From Opitutales bacterium (GTDB lineage Bacteria > Verrucomicrobiota > Verrucomicrobiia > Opitutales > Opitutaceae): a stretch of DNA of 64,000 nucleotides. The stretch covers positions 5,261 to 69,260 of the forward strand of contig JABITN010000188.1 of the NCBI GenBank assembly GCA_018700525.1, read 5' to 3'. The stretch's first letter is position 1, and each line of letters starts with the position of its first letter. Below are positions 37,915 through 47,138 of the stretch, piece by piece. Under the pieces are notes generated by a model. The model had not been told where the DNA came from and ran no database searches. It saw only the letters and a program-made list of their open reading frames with translations. The position numbers and the translations under genes were made by a program.

Positions 37915-37921
37915 ATCAATC

Positions 37922-38938
37922 GTGGACGAATTTGTATTACTCGATCCTTGGTGGCTCGCAGCGCTTACAGCGTTACCGGTGATTGCTGTTTTGCGGGGGA
38001 GGCGTGCAGCGTCTGCAATCGTCCTCCCTTTCGCTGGAAACTGGCAGAGAAGCGCCTTTCGGAATGGATCCAAACTGTCGTCATTTTTCGCTTTCGTTGG
38101 GGCAGCATTGATTATCGTCTCGCTCGCTCGTCCTCAAGCGCTCGATTTTGAACGCCAAACGAAAAGCAAAGGCTACGACATTATGCTGGTCTTAGACCTT
38201 TCCAGTTCGATGTTGTATGAGGATTACAAAGACGGATTTAAACGAATCAACCGCCTCCAAGCAGTTAAACCCGTTCTGAGCGCATTTATCGAAAAACGCG
38301 AAAACGACCGGATCGGTCTTGTCGCTTTTGCTGGCCAAGCATACACTGTCGCTCCGCTTACGTTCGACCATAAATGGCTTTCCAGCCAAACCAATCGTCT
38401 AGGCATCGGTCTTATCGAAGACGGCACGGCAATCGGCGACGCCATAGGAGTGGCTATTTCCCGTCTGCAAGAAGGCGCTAAGAAGCGTAGCGGCGAACGA
38501 GAAGGCGCCTTTGCGATTCTCTTAACAGATGGCGCTCAAACAGCAGGGGCCATCGAGCCAATCGCTGCGGCGGAACTCTCAGCCGATTATGGCATTCCTA
38601 TCTACACGATTGGAGCTGGTCGGGACGGGATGGTTATTGCGCCGCGCATGAATGCCAAAGGCGAACGGATTGGGTCCGTCCAGGTTCCATCGGGTACGGA
38701 CGAGCCTACCTTGAAAGAGATGGCGCGTGTCACGGGTGGCGAGTTTCACCGAGCCGACAATACGGATACCATTCAAAATGCCTTCGATTCGATCGACGAA
38801 CAAAGCAAAATCGAATTCGAATCTCACCAGTATAGCATAACCACGGAGCTCTTCCCCTACTCTTCAATCGCTGCTGGCGCTATGCTGTTCCTTTCTCTCG
38901 GCATTGGAGCCCTTAATCGAAAGGAAACGCTTTCATGA
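37922..38938 (+). CDS. batA: VWA domain protein, BatA-like
   Basis: N-terminal TM segments are followed by the MIDAS motif VLDLSSSM, and there is a C-terminal TM segment. The start is GTG. The stop overlaps the next gene's start (ATGA). Confidence 0.88.
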   Translation: MDEFVLLDPWWLAALTALPVIAVLRGRRAASAIVLPFAGNWQRSAFRNGSKLSSFFAFVGAALIIVSLARPQALDFERQTKSKGYDIMLVLDLSSSMLYEDYKDGFKRINRLQAVKPVLSAFIEKRENDRIGLVAFAGQAYTVAPLTFDHKWLSSQTNRLGIGLIEDGTAIGDAIGVAISRLQEGAKKRSGEREGAFAILLTDGAQTAGAIEPIAAAELSADYGIPIYTIGAGRDGMVIAPRMNAKGERIGSVQVPSGTDEPTLKEMARVTGGEFHRADNTDTIQNAFDSIDEQSKIEFESHQYSITTELFPYSSIAAGAMLFLSLGIGALNRKETLS

Positions 38939-39969
38939 GTTTCGGAGAAGAGCTTTACTTGATCGCTTTGGGGATTCCGGTCATTGGGATCTTGGCAACG
39001 CTTGTATTCAGAAATCGAATTCGTTCAATGGGAAAACGAGTCAAAGCCAAACGCGTCCAAGCGACCTTTGCCGGCGTCTCCGAAATTGGGTCCCACCTTT
39101 CTCAGCCCTCTAAATGGCTTTTTCTTATCGGCCTCATTTTCGTTATCATAGCCCTGGCTCGTCCGCGTTGGGGAGAGGTTCATAAAGAAGTGTTCAAGCG
39201 TTCTCGCGAAGTCATTATCGCTATGGATTTATCCAAAAGCATGCTCGCTCAAGATATTAAGCCCAACCGGCTCGAGCGTGCGAAATTGGTAGTCGAGAGC
39301 CTTCTCGACAATCTCCAAGGCGAGAGCGTCGGTCTCGTCGTTTTTGCCGGTACAGCTTTCCTGCAAAGTCCAATGAGTCCGGATTACCAAATTCTTCGAG
39401 GATTCCTCAAAGACTTGAATCCTACCTTTATTCCTCAAGGCGGTACCAATTACGAGGCGATGCTGGAAACCTCGCTCGATTCCTTTCGTCAATCCGACGG
39501 ACAGGCCGATCGATTCCTTATCGTGATCAGCGACGGCGAAAGCCTAGATGATAATTGGAAATCCTATACGGAAGAGCTAAACGAGCAAAACGTTAAAGCG
39601 ATCTGCCTCGGATTCGGAACCCGCGAAGGCGGACTGATTCCCGATGGGGAAGGCGGTTATCACAAAAATACGAATGGAGCAGTCGTCTTGACCAAGCTTG
39701 AAGCCAATACTCTCCAGTCATTAGCTGACAAGACTGGTGGCGTGTACAAACAGGCCAATGTTTGGGTCGAGCTCGCGTCCCTGATCGAAGAGACCGTTAA
39801 ACGCGGCAAAACCGGGAAAACTGGGTCGACTTCTCAATCTATTCACATCGAGCGCTATCAGATCTTCCTCGCTCCAGGATTGCTGCTGATACTTATTTCA
39901 CTTTATCGAGAATTTCCCTTCACCCCAAAACCGAGAATCATTCAACCGAGAAAGGAACACGCAAAATGA
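38935..39969 (+). CDS. batB: VWA domain protein, BatB-like
   Basis: N-terminal TM segments are followed by the MIDAS motif AMDLSKSM, and there is a C-terminal TM segment. Its stop overlaps the downstream gene's start as ATGA. Confidence 0.88.
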   Translation: MSFGEELYLIALGIPVIGILATLVFRNRIRSMGKRVKAKRVQATFAGVSEIGSHLSQPSKWLFLIGLIFVIIALARPRWGEVHKEVFKRSREVIIAMDLSKSMLAQDIKPNRLERAKLVVESLLDNLQGESVGLVVFAGTAFLQSPMSPDYQILRGFLKDLNPTFIPQGGTNYEAMLETSLDSFRQSDGQADRFLIVISDGESLDDNWKSYTEELNEQNVKAICLGFGTREGGLIPDGEGGYHKNTNGAVVLTKLEANTLQSLADKTGGVYKQANVWVELASLIEETVKRGKTGKTGSTSQSIHIERYQIFLAPGLLLILISLYREFPFTPKPRIIQPRKEHAK

Positions 39970-40862
39970 ATTCGAACATCTACCGAACTCTACGTCTCTC
40001 CATACCTCTATCGCTCTTTCTCTCCTTCCCTCTTTCCGCTCAAACGCAATTTGCTGTGCCGAAAGATGCCCCCCAAGAAACGGGACCTAAGCTTGGCGAA
40101 ATCATTGGAGCCATCGCAGAAAAAGAGACTCACGAGGCTAGGGACTTCCAGCATTTGGCTCAATTAACCCTACAACTTGGTCAAGCAGCCATGCAACAAG
40201 GACAACGCCTTCCCGATCCATCGATTTGGGATGGCATTCACTTGGTAAACGCTGGTCAATCGTTGGACCCGACGCTCGCCGATTGGGACACGCTGCGAAG
40301 CGAGTTGGAAAAGCTTTTGGAGAAACCGCCAGAAGACGAACAGCAACAACAGGACGATCAAAACTCTGAGGATCAAGAAGATCCAGAAAACCAAGAGGAG
40401 TCGGAGAACGACGATTCCCAAGGCGACTCAGGTGACCAAGATTCTGAGCAGAGCGAAAATCAAGACCCTGAAGACCAAAACCAGGAGCAGCAGGAAGAGA
40501 ACGAAAGAGAGTCGAAAAACGAACAAGATCCAAGCGGTGACCAAAAGAAACAGAATTCCGGCGAACAGGATGAAGACTCCGAAAATCAAGAGCCTCAAAC
40601 GAATCAAACACTCGGAGACATGGAGGATCCGGAAGAAGCTCCTGAGCTGGACAAGCAACGCCCGGAGCCCAAAGAAGAACAGAATCAAGTTGGCGGCACG
40701 CAAAGCGAACAGCCGATAAGATCCGCCAAACAAGCGATGACTCTTCAACAACTAGAGCAAATTAAGCAGCAAGATAAACCGGGAGCCCTGCATATGTTAC
40801 TCCAGCAAGCGGAACGCGACGAAAATGCTCCCCAAGCGCAACCGCTTCAAAAGGATTGGTAA
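39966..40862 (+). CDS. secreted, highly acidic low-complexity protein in the BatC position
   Basis: It has a signal peptide (LSLFLSFPLSAQ). A ~120-aa D/E/Q/N/S tract spans about nt 40326-40685. The gene is translationally coupled on both sides. Confidence 0.7.
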   Translation: MNSNIYRTLRLSIPLSLFLSFPLSAQTQFAVPKDAPQETGPKLGEIIGAIAEKETHEARDFQHLAQLTLQLGQAAMQQGQRLPDPSIWDGIHLVNAGQSLDPTLADWDTLRSELEKLLEKPPEDEQQQQDDQNSEDQEDPENQEESENDDSQGDSGDQDSEQSENQDPEDQNQEQQEENERESKNEQDPSGDQKKQNSGEQDEDSENQEPQTNQTLGDMEDPEEAPELDKQRPEPKEEQNQVGGTQSEQPIRSAKQAMTLQQLEQIKQQDKPGALHMLLQQAERDENAPQAQPLQKDW

Positions 40863-43447
40863 TGAAACGAGCTTCGATAATCAAAATCATCGCCCTCATC
40901 GGATTCGGTTTTCTTTGGACCGCTCCCGTATCCTGGGCTCAACAAGTCTATTGGTCCCCTGCTTCAGGCACTTTACAGCAAGGCAAGGCAAACCGTCTCC
41001 AGTTGCATTTCGAAGGGTGCTCGCCGGATGGCGCCGTAAGCTTGCCGCAGATCGCCGAAGCTGATTTCTCCAAGATTGGACAAAGCAGCTCGATGAATAT
41101 CTTCAATTCTCGTGTAGTTCAAAAATTAATACTGGAATTCCAGGCGTCACCCACTTCGAAATCCACGGTGAAAATACCAGCTTTTACGGTCAAAACCGAC
41201 AAAGGCGACATTACAGTTGCCGAAGCGAATTTCGAAGTTGTCGAAGCGACCGTTGGAAATACAGGCATGAAACCCGAGGATATCTTTAAGAGCGAACTCA
41301 GCGCTACTGAAGAATCTATTTACGAAGGTCAGATCTTCAATTTGCGCTACGTGCTAGGGGTTCGCCAAGACTATCAAAACAATTTGAACGACATTTCTCC
41401 ACCACAGTGGAATCCTGTCGGTGTGGTTACGCAAGGATTCGAGAGTCACCGCTCGACCACCTTCAAATTCAGAAACCACAATTACGCAGCGATTCTCTTC
41501 GAGACGCCTGCGATGGCGACGAGAAATGGCTCGATCAAATTGCCAAAAGTCAACCAGACCGTATCCATGATTGTAGGGCGAAGAAAGTCATTCATCTTCG
41601 ATGATCCAGTCGTCGACAATTACAACATCGCCTCCGATACGCTTCAGCTCGATATAAAGCCACTCCCCACCGGAGCGCCACCAGCGTTTAAGGGAGCCGT
41701 TGGTCAGTTCGACTTCGAGTCGACAATCGTTCCGGAAATCGTTCAGGTCGGCGAACCCGTTACGTGGACTCTAACGCTTAACGGAACGGGAAATTGGCCT
41801 CAGGGTATCGGGATCAATCCGCGAAATGTTTCTGCTAGCTTCCGCTCGATTCAGCCTGATGTGAACAAAGAAATCTCCGAGGAATCACCATTCGAAGGCA
41901 GTCTGACGGAAGATATCGTTCTCATCCCGACAGAAGGCGGCGACTTCAAATTCGGTCCAGTCGAATTCAGCTACTTCAATCCGAAAACCGATCAATACGA
42001 AACAATCAACGTTCCGGAAAGAACCATCGTTGTCAATCCGCTCGTGGACGTTTCCCAGCCGAATATTCCTCAACCCGTTCTCGGCAATTCGGACGAGCAG
42101 TCAGTCGCTTCAGGGACTCAGCTCGATTTCGAACTAGATCCAATCGGGGTCAACTTGCTTTCGAAGCCGATCGAAATGCTGAGCGCTCCCAGCGCTGCAG
42201 TCGCAGCTTCGGGCATTCCTCAGGGTGGCATCAAACTACGCTATTTGACATTATCTTTCGCAGCTCCTGCGATGCTGTGGGTATTAATTGCTCTGATCCG
42301 CTCGATTATCTTCGACCCGAACAAAGCGCGACGACAGGCATTCAAAGAGCTCAAAGCGACTTCGCTGCTCCTGGACGATACGGAACCGCAAGCTCGGGCT
42401 GCTCAGCTTTCCTGGAGAGATGCCGCAAAACGATTCTGGGGAATCGAAACTGAAGAACCTTCCTCCGAAGATATTCAGAACGCCGTCTCACACAAAGCCG
42501 ATCCCGCCCAAGCGGAACGGTGGAAAACCCTTTGGCAAGGTTCCGACCGCATTCTTTTCGGCAAACGTCCGCCCTCGTTCAAGGACTGGCAGTCAGACCT
42601 CAGGGAAGCTATGCGATCTCAACGCAAGCCGGGAGTTTCGATCAATCGCCTTTTCTCGTCGAAGGCTTGGTTTGCCGTTTTAGCCTTTGGTTTTCTCCTC
42701 TTTTCCTTCTCCGATGGATTCAGTGACGATGGGCTTGGTTATTACAACGGAGCTGCTTTTGAGAAAGCCGAAGCTTCATGGAAAGCCGATCTGGAAAAGG
42801 AACCCTACAATTGGGCTATACGTCACAATCTCGGACTCGCGGTTGCCCAACAAGAACAATGGGGCGAAGCTGTTGCCTTTTGGACCTCGGCATTTCTCCT
42901 CAATACGAAATCGCCCGAATTGAATTGGGATCTCAAAGTAGCCCTAAGCAAAAGCGGTGCCTACTATCCGGTTCTTGGTCGGTTGGTTAAAGGAGATGGA
43001 ATCATGGCCTATATCGCACTACTCACTCCGGCACAATGGGAACGAGCTTCGTACATCGCGATGATTATTGCCGGTGTCGCATTCTCAGTCTGGGTTGCCT
43101 TCGCCTGTATTTATCGCCTCAAACGTCTTCAATTCGCCTTAGCTGTCACAGGTCTAGTTTCCGTGGCATCCGTTTTCGGAGCCGATTGGGCTCGTCGAGA
43201 ATATGGACTCCTCGCTAATCCCGATGCAGTTGTCGCGATTATCGAAAGTACATTGAGGAGCGTTCCGACTGATCTGGAAGTTGAGCAAATAGAATCTTCG
43301 CTTCCCGAAGGCTCTATCTGTCTCGTAAGTAAGCAATTCCCTGGCTGGGTCAAAGTCGAGTTGCCGAACGGCGAGCAAGGCTGGTCTCGAAAAGAGAATT
43401 TCGCGCCGCTTTACGGCAAACTCTTGGACCGTTTTCAATACCCATAA
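40862..43447 (+). CDS. batD: BatD-like protein fused to a TPR and SH3 (BatE-like) module
   Basis: The ATG overlaps the upstream TAA (TAATG). A signal peptide and a ~450-aa BatD-like beta-rich region come first. TM segments, a TPR-like stretch (YNGAAFEKAEASWKADLEKEPYNW...) and two more TM segments follow. The C-terminus is SH3-like (PGWVKVELPNGEQGWSRKENF). Confidence 0.8.
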   Translation: MKRASIIKIIALIGFGFLWTAPVSWAQQVYWSPASGTLQQGKANRLQLHFEGCSPDGAVSLPQIAEADFSKIGQSSSMNIFNSRVVQKLILEFQASPTSKSTVKIPAFTVKTDKGDITVAEANFEVVEATVGNTGMKPEDIFKSELSATEESIYEGQIFNLRYVLGVRQDYQNNLNDISPPQWNPVGVVTQGFESHRSTTFKFRNHNYAAILFETPAMATRNGSIKLPKVNQTVSMIVGRRKSFIFDDPVVDNYNIASDTLQLDIKPLPTGAPPAFKGAVGQFDFESTIVPEIVQVGEPVTWTLTLNGTGNWPQGIGINPRNVSASFRSIQPDVNKEISEESPFEGSLTEDIVLIPTEGGDFKFGPVEFSYFNPKTDQYETINVPERTIVVNPLVDVSQPNIPQPVLGNSDEQSVASGTQLDFELDPIGVNLLSKPIEMLSAPSAAVAASGIPQGGIKLRYLTLSFAAPAMLWVLIALIRSIIFDPNKARRQAFKELKATSLLLDDTEPQARAAQLSWRDAAKRFWGIETEEPSSEDIQNAVSHKADPAQAERWKTLWQGSDRILFGKRPPSFKDWQSDLREAMRSQRKPGVSINRLFSSKAWFAVLAFGFLLFSFSDGFSDDGLGYYNGAAFEKAEASWKADLEKEPYNWAIRHNLGLAVAQQEQWGEAVAFWTSAFLLNTKSPELNWDLKVALSKSGAYYPVLGRLVKGDGIMAYIALLTPAQWERASYIAMIIAGVAFSVWVAFACIYRLKRLQFALAVTGLVSVASVFGADWARREYGLLANPDAVVAIIESTLRSVPTDLEVEQIESSLPEGSICLVSKQFPGWVKVELPNGEQGWSRKENFAPLYGKLLDRFQYP

Positions 43448-43557
43448 ACGAGCTCGAGTTTCGGTCGATAGCTTAAGGCGGCGTTAACGTCTCGTAGGCT
43501 CCCGATAACGAGCGCCTCGAAGCTGAAATCAGACGAGGTCAGTATTCGTTAAGACCT

Positions 43558-44172
43558 GTGGAACAATTAAACTCTCCTATCATGGATTTCATCAAACGCC
43601 ATTGGTCAACACTCATTCTTATTACTGCGATAGCTGCCTATATCGGAATAAGCATGGGCTCGAATCAATGCCCCATGTGTATTGCTAGCGATTGGGTCTT
43701 CGTAGGTAAAGACGAGACAGGTCGGTCCGGTGCTAGCACATCGATCATAGGCGAAACCGAAGCCGCACCCTGGCAACTTGTAAGTCTCCAAGGAGAAGAA
43801 CTTAGCAGCCTCAATACGAAGGGCAAAGTTTGCGTCCTCGTATACTGGGCCAGTTGGTGTGCCCCTTGTAGAGAGGAAATTCCGTCGTTAGTCGCGCTTC
43901 GCAAAGAATACCAAAACAGTGACCTTGCCATCATTGGCGTTTCACTAGACGAGAATTCCAAAAGCATCGATACCTTTGTCGAATCCTACGGGATCAACTA
44001 TTCAATCGCTCGCAACAACGAAAGCCTGGACGAAGCTTTCGGACCCGTACGTTATATTCCGACAATCGTCGTTCTTGGCAAAGAAGGAAAGGTCCAACAG
44101 CGCTACACTGGCCTGGTGGGCCACGAAGTTATTCGAAGCCAAGTTGAAACGCTTCTCGCTAAAAACGTTTAG
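43558..44172 (+). CDS. TlpA/ResA-like thiol-disulfide oxidoreductase (thioredoxin fold), membrane-anchored
   Basis: It has an N-terminal TM segment and the active site WASWCAPC. The start is GTG at 43558 or ATG at 43582. Confidence 0.88.
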   Translation: MEQLNSPIMDFIKRHWSTLILITAIAAYIGISMGSNQCPMCIASDWVFVGKDETGRSGASTSIIGETEAAPWQLVSLQGEELSSLNTKGKVCVLVYWASWCAPCREEIPSLVALRKEYQNSDLAIIGVSLDENSKSIDTFVESYGINYSIARNNESLDEAFGPVRYIPTIVVLGKEGKVQQRYTGLVGHEVIRSQVETLLAKNV

Positions 44173-44260
44173 CGACGGTCCTGAATTGCAAGGCGGGCAA
44201 AGCAATTGATAGATTCCATTAAGCAGGGCCGGCGCTGGTGCCGATTCGCGATGAAATTCG

Positions 44261-45445
44261 CTATGTTCCAATATTCTCGACTAACCAGCTGCCCACTCCC
44301 CCGCCAGCCGGTTTATCCAATATTGCGCGTAGCTCTCCGCTTTCTTTACGGACCCGTTCGATACGCTCCGGGTTTTCGATACAATCGATCATTTCACGGA
44401 CGAGGACCTCGGGTCGGGCGGCTCCTTGAATAAATTCCGGATAAAACGAACGGTCCAATAACAAGTTGGCGATCCCGATATAAGGAATTTTCATAACCAT
44501 TCGGCCATAAAAATAAGTGACTGGATGTACCCGGTAAACGATTGCGCCAGGGATACCAGCCAAGGCGCAGTTCAGTGACATTGTCCCGGAACTCGTCAAT
44601 ACGCAGCTAGCTTTAACTGGTAACTCATTGGAGACTAGCTCGACGCGATCCCTCAGATCGCCATAACCCTCGAGAATAGATTCCAGCAAATCTTTAAGCG
44701 ATTGACTCGCAAAAATACATTTCGCTTGCAGCGTTTTTCTTTCGCTCAACAATTCTTGAATAGAATCGAACATTATCGGAGCGATTCTCGATATCGCGCC
44801 CGATCGACTACCCGGCAATAGCAATACCGGACCATTCGGATCGTATCGAGTTGGAAGCTCATAGTCTTCAGACAAAAATGGATGCCCTACGAATTTCGTT
44901 TCGAGGGTAGTGTCTTCGAAGGACTTTACTTCAAACGGAAAAATAACCCCGAGCGTATCCAAATATTCAGCCATTTTAAAGCGACGTTTCGCTTTCCAAA
45001 CCCAGACTTGCGGACTGATGTAGAAAAGCAGTCGAATCGGTCCACCCGATTTTTGGGTCGCTTTTCGTTCATCCAAGATTTTAGCCAGTCTAAGGTTCAA
45101 TCCCGGATAGTCGACGAAACAAACTGCCTTCGGCTGATGCTTGAGTATCCACTCAATGATTCCGTCTCTCAATTCCTTAAATGCGCTGTAGTGCTTCAGA
45201 ACCTCGAAGATACCGACTATCGCATAGGGCATCATATCGCACACGAGCTCAGCCCCTGCATTCTGCAAGTTTTGCCCGCCCATAGCGACAATCTTCAAAC
45301 CTGGTTTTCGAGCTAAAGCTGCTTTAACCATCCGAGCCGCTTGCTCGTCTCCCGAATGCTCGCCAGCGATTATCAATACATCTACACCGCCAGCCGAAGG
45401 CGCTGGCAAAGGGAAATTCGCTCGTACTAATTCGTTCGATGACAT
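44261..45445 (-). CDS. lpxB: lipid-A-disaccharide synthase
   Basis: It carries LIIAGEHSGDEQAARMV near the N-terminus. The protein is 394 aa and its overall pattern fits LpxB. Confidence 0.9.
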   Translation of the reverse strand: MSSNELVRANFPLPAPSAGGVDVLIIAGEHSGDEQAARMVKAALARKPGLKIVAMGGQNLQNAGAELVCDMMPYAIVGIFEVLKHYSAFKELRDGIIEWILKHQPKAVCFVDYPGLNLRLAKILDERKATQKSGGPIRLLFYISPQVWVWKAKRRFKMAEYLDTLGVIFPFEVKSFEDTTLETKFVGHPFLSEDYELPTRYDPNGPVLLLPGSRSGAISRIAPIMFDSIQELLSERKTLQAKCIFASQSLKDLLESILEGYGDLRDRVELVSNELPVKASCVLTSSGTMSLNCALAGIPGAIVYRVHPVTYFYGRMVMKIPYIGIANLLLDRSFYPEFIQGAARPEVLVREMIDCIENPERIERVRKESGELRAILDKPAGGGVGSWLVENIGT

Positions 45446-45485
45446 TGCGTGACAATTGTTAATTTCAATCTTTCGCCAAAAATGA

Positions 45486-46415
45486 TCAATCCATTGTAGA
45501 GCGAATCTGGTCCGTTATTTGAATCGCTAAATCCAAAGCGGTCTTACCCAGCTCGCCTCCTACTTTCGGATCACGACGATTGCGTACGCTTTCCACGAAG
45601 GAGGCCAATTCTAATTTCAAAGGCTCTCCCTTTTCAATCGGAACTTCTTGTTTATCCAAGCCTGCAGGCGTGACATTGACATGATGTCCCGCTTGATTCA
45701 TAAAATCCAACGAAAGGTATCCCGAGGATTGAAAAACGCGTATTTCGCGAACTTTTTTCGAGCTTACGCGACTGACATTCAAGTTCGCTACGCATCCATT
45801 GGCGAATTCAATACGGGCATTAGCGATGTCTTCCGTTTTCGAAAGAACACTCACTCCCACGCTGCGGACATCGACTGGCTCGGAGCCAACTAATTGCAGG
45901 ACCACTCCGATATCGTGTATCATCAAATCCAGTACAACGCCAACTTCGGTTCCTCTTGACTGAAACGGGGCTAGACGTTCGGCCGTAATGTACTTCGGCT
46001 TATTTACGACTTCTTCCAGATAGCTCATTACTGGATTGAAGTGTTCGATATGTCCTACTTGGACCAATGCGTTCGCTTTGTTTGCCGCCGCGAGTATTTC
46101 CGTTGCTTCGACAATGCTCGCGCAAATTGGCTTCTCTATCAACAAATTGCAACCAGCCTCTAGGAGCGGTATCGATACTTTGTGATGCTTGTCGGTTGGG
46201 ACGACCACACTCACTGCGTCACAGGCATCAGCCAGCTCGTCCAGCGTCGAAACAATAGGGCAGCCAAAACGATCGCCAATTTCCTTAGCTCGTACCGGAT
46301 CGCTTTCTAAAATCGCCGCTAACCGGGTGCCTTCCAGCTCGTTATAGATTCGGGCATGGTGCTGTCCTAGATATCCCACCCCTGCTACGCCGCACTTTAG
46401 TAATTCTTCCTTCAT
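45486..46415 (-). CDS. Gfo/Idh/MocA-family oxidoreductase (GnnA-like position next to lpxB)
   Basis: The ATG at 46415 gives MKEELLKCGVAGVGYLGQHH (Rossmann fold). An EKP motif is present (LLIEKPICAS). The ORF is open to a TTG at 46448. Confidence 0.85.
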   Translation of the reverse strand: MKEELLKCGVAGVGYLGQHHARIYNELEGTRLAAILESDPVRAKEIGDRFGCPIVSTLDELADACDAVSVVVPTDKHHKVSIPLLEAGCNLLIEKPICASIVEATEILAAANKANALVQVGHIEHFNPVMSYLEEVVNKPKYITAERLAPFQSRGTEVGVVLDLMIHDIGVVLQLVGSEPVDVRSVGVSVLSKTEDIANARIEFANGCVANLNVSRVSSKKVREIRVFQSSGYLSLDFMNQAGHHVNVTPAGLDKQEVPIEKGEPLKLELASFVESVRNRRDPKVGGELGKTALDLAIQITDQIRSTMD

Positions 46416-46460
46416 ATCGATTATAGGTATTTTCCTGAACGTCTCCAATTACACAACCCG

Positions 46461-47138
46461 TTAGCTCAGCTCGAGAATACCCTGCTTTAAAAGCCAAGAA
46501 TCATCCATACGTGACGCATAGGTCGTGTTGTGAGTCACTAAAACCAAAGCCACGGAATCTTCGCGGCACATGAGTTGAAGCATGTTCATAATAGAGTCTC
46601 CCGTCGTCTCGTCCAAATTTCCCGTCGGCTCGTCTGCCAATAGAATTCGCGGATTCGAAATCATCGCTCTGGCAATCGCGACGCGTTGGCGTTCTCCCCC
46701 TGACAAGGTCGACGGCAAGCTCTTCATGCGATCGCCGAGTCCAACTCGCTCCAACAATTCGACCGAACGTTTCTCGAGCTTTTCAATTCGACCCGATATT
46801 CGACCGCCAAGCATTACATTGTCCAAAGCCCTCAATTCAGGAACCAAATAGTAGGACTGAAATACCATTCCAATTTGCGACCCGCGCAAGATTGATAATG
46901 CATCTCCTGATCGGCCGGCGATAGACTGCCCTTCCCATAAAACATCGCCACCATCGGGAAGGTCCAGGCCGGCCAGCAGATTCAACAAAGTCGATTTACC
47001 CGATCCCGATTCTCCTTGGATACTAGCACTCTGCCCTGACTTCAGCTGAAAGTCGACGCCCCTCAGAACTTCGATATGTTTCTCGCCACTTTCGAACGAC
47101 CGTTGAACCGATCGTGCTTCCAATATGAATTCACTCAC
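46461..47138 (-). CDS. lolD: ABC transporter ATP-binding protein, LolD/MacB type
   Basis: It carries Walker A GESGSGKST, the signature LSGGERQRVAIARA and Walker B ILLADEPT. The start is GTG. It overlaps the upstream permease gene by 8 nt. Confidence 0.9.
   Translation of the reverse strand: MSEFILEARSVQRSFESGEKHIEVLRGVDFQLKSGQSASIQGESGSGKSTLLNLLAGLDLPDGGDVLWEGQSIAGRSGDALSILRGSQIGMVFQSYYLVPELRALDNVMLGGRISGRIEKLEKRSVELLERVGLGDRMKSLPSTLSGGERQRVAIARAMISNPRILLADEPTGNLDETTGDSIMNMLQLMCREDSVALVLVTHNTTYASRMDDSWLLKQGILELS

Noticed and set aside
37357-38073. 238-aa ORF on the minus strand
   Set aside because: It is antisense to the DUF58 and BatA genes, which carry unambiguous family motifs. It is Ala/Arg/Ser-rich and has no recognisable domain.
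40138-40751. Several overlapping ORFs on both strands (157, 107, 95 and 83 aa)
   Set aside because: They are artefacts of the purine-rich low-complexity tract. Only the plus-strand frame with a signal peptide and start/stop coupling to batB and batD is credible.
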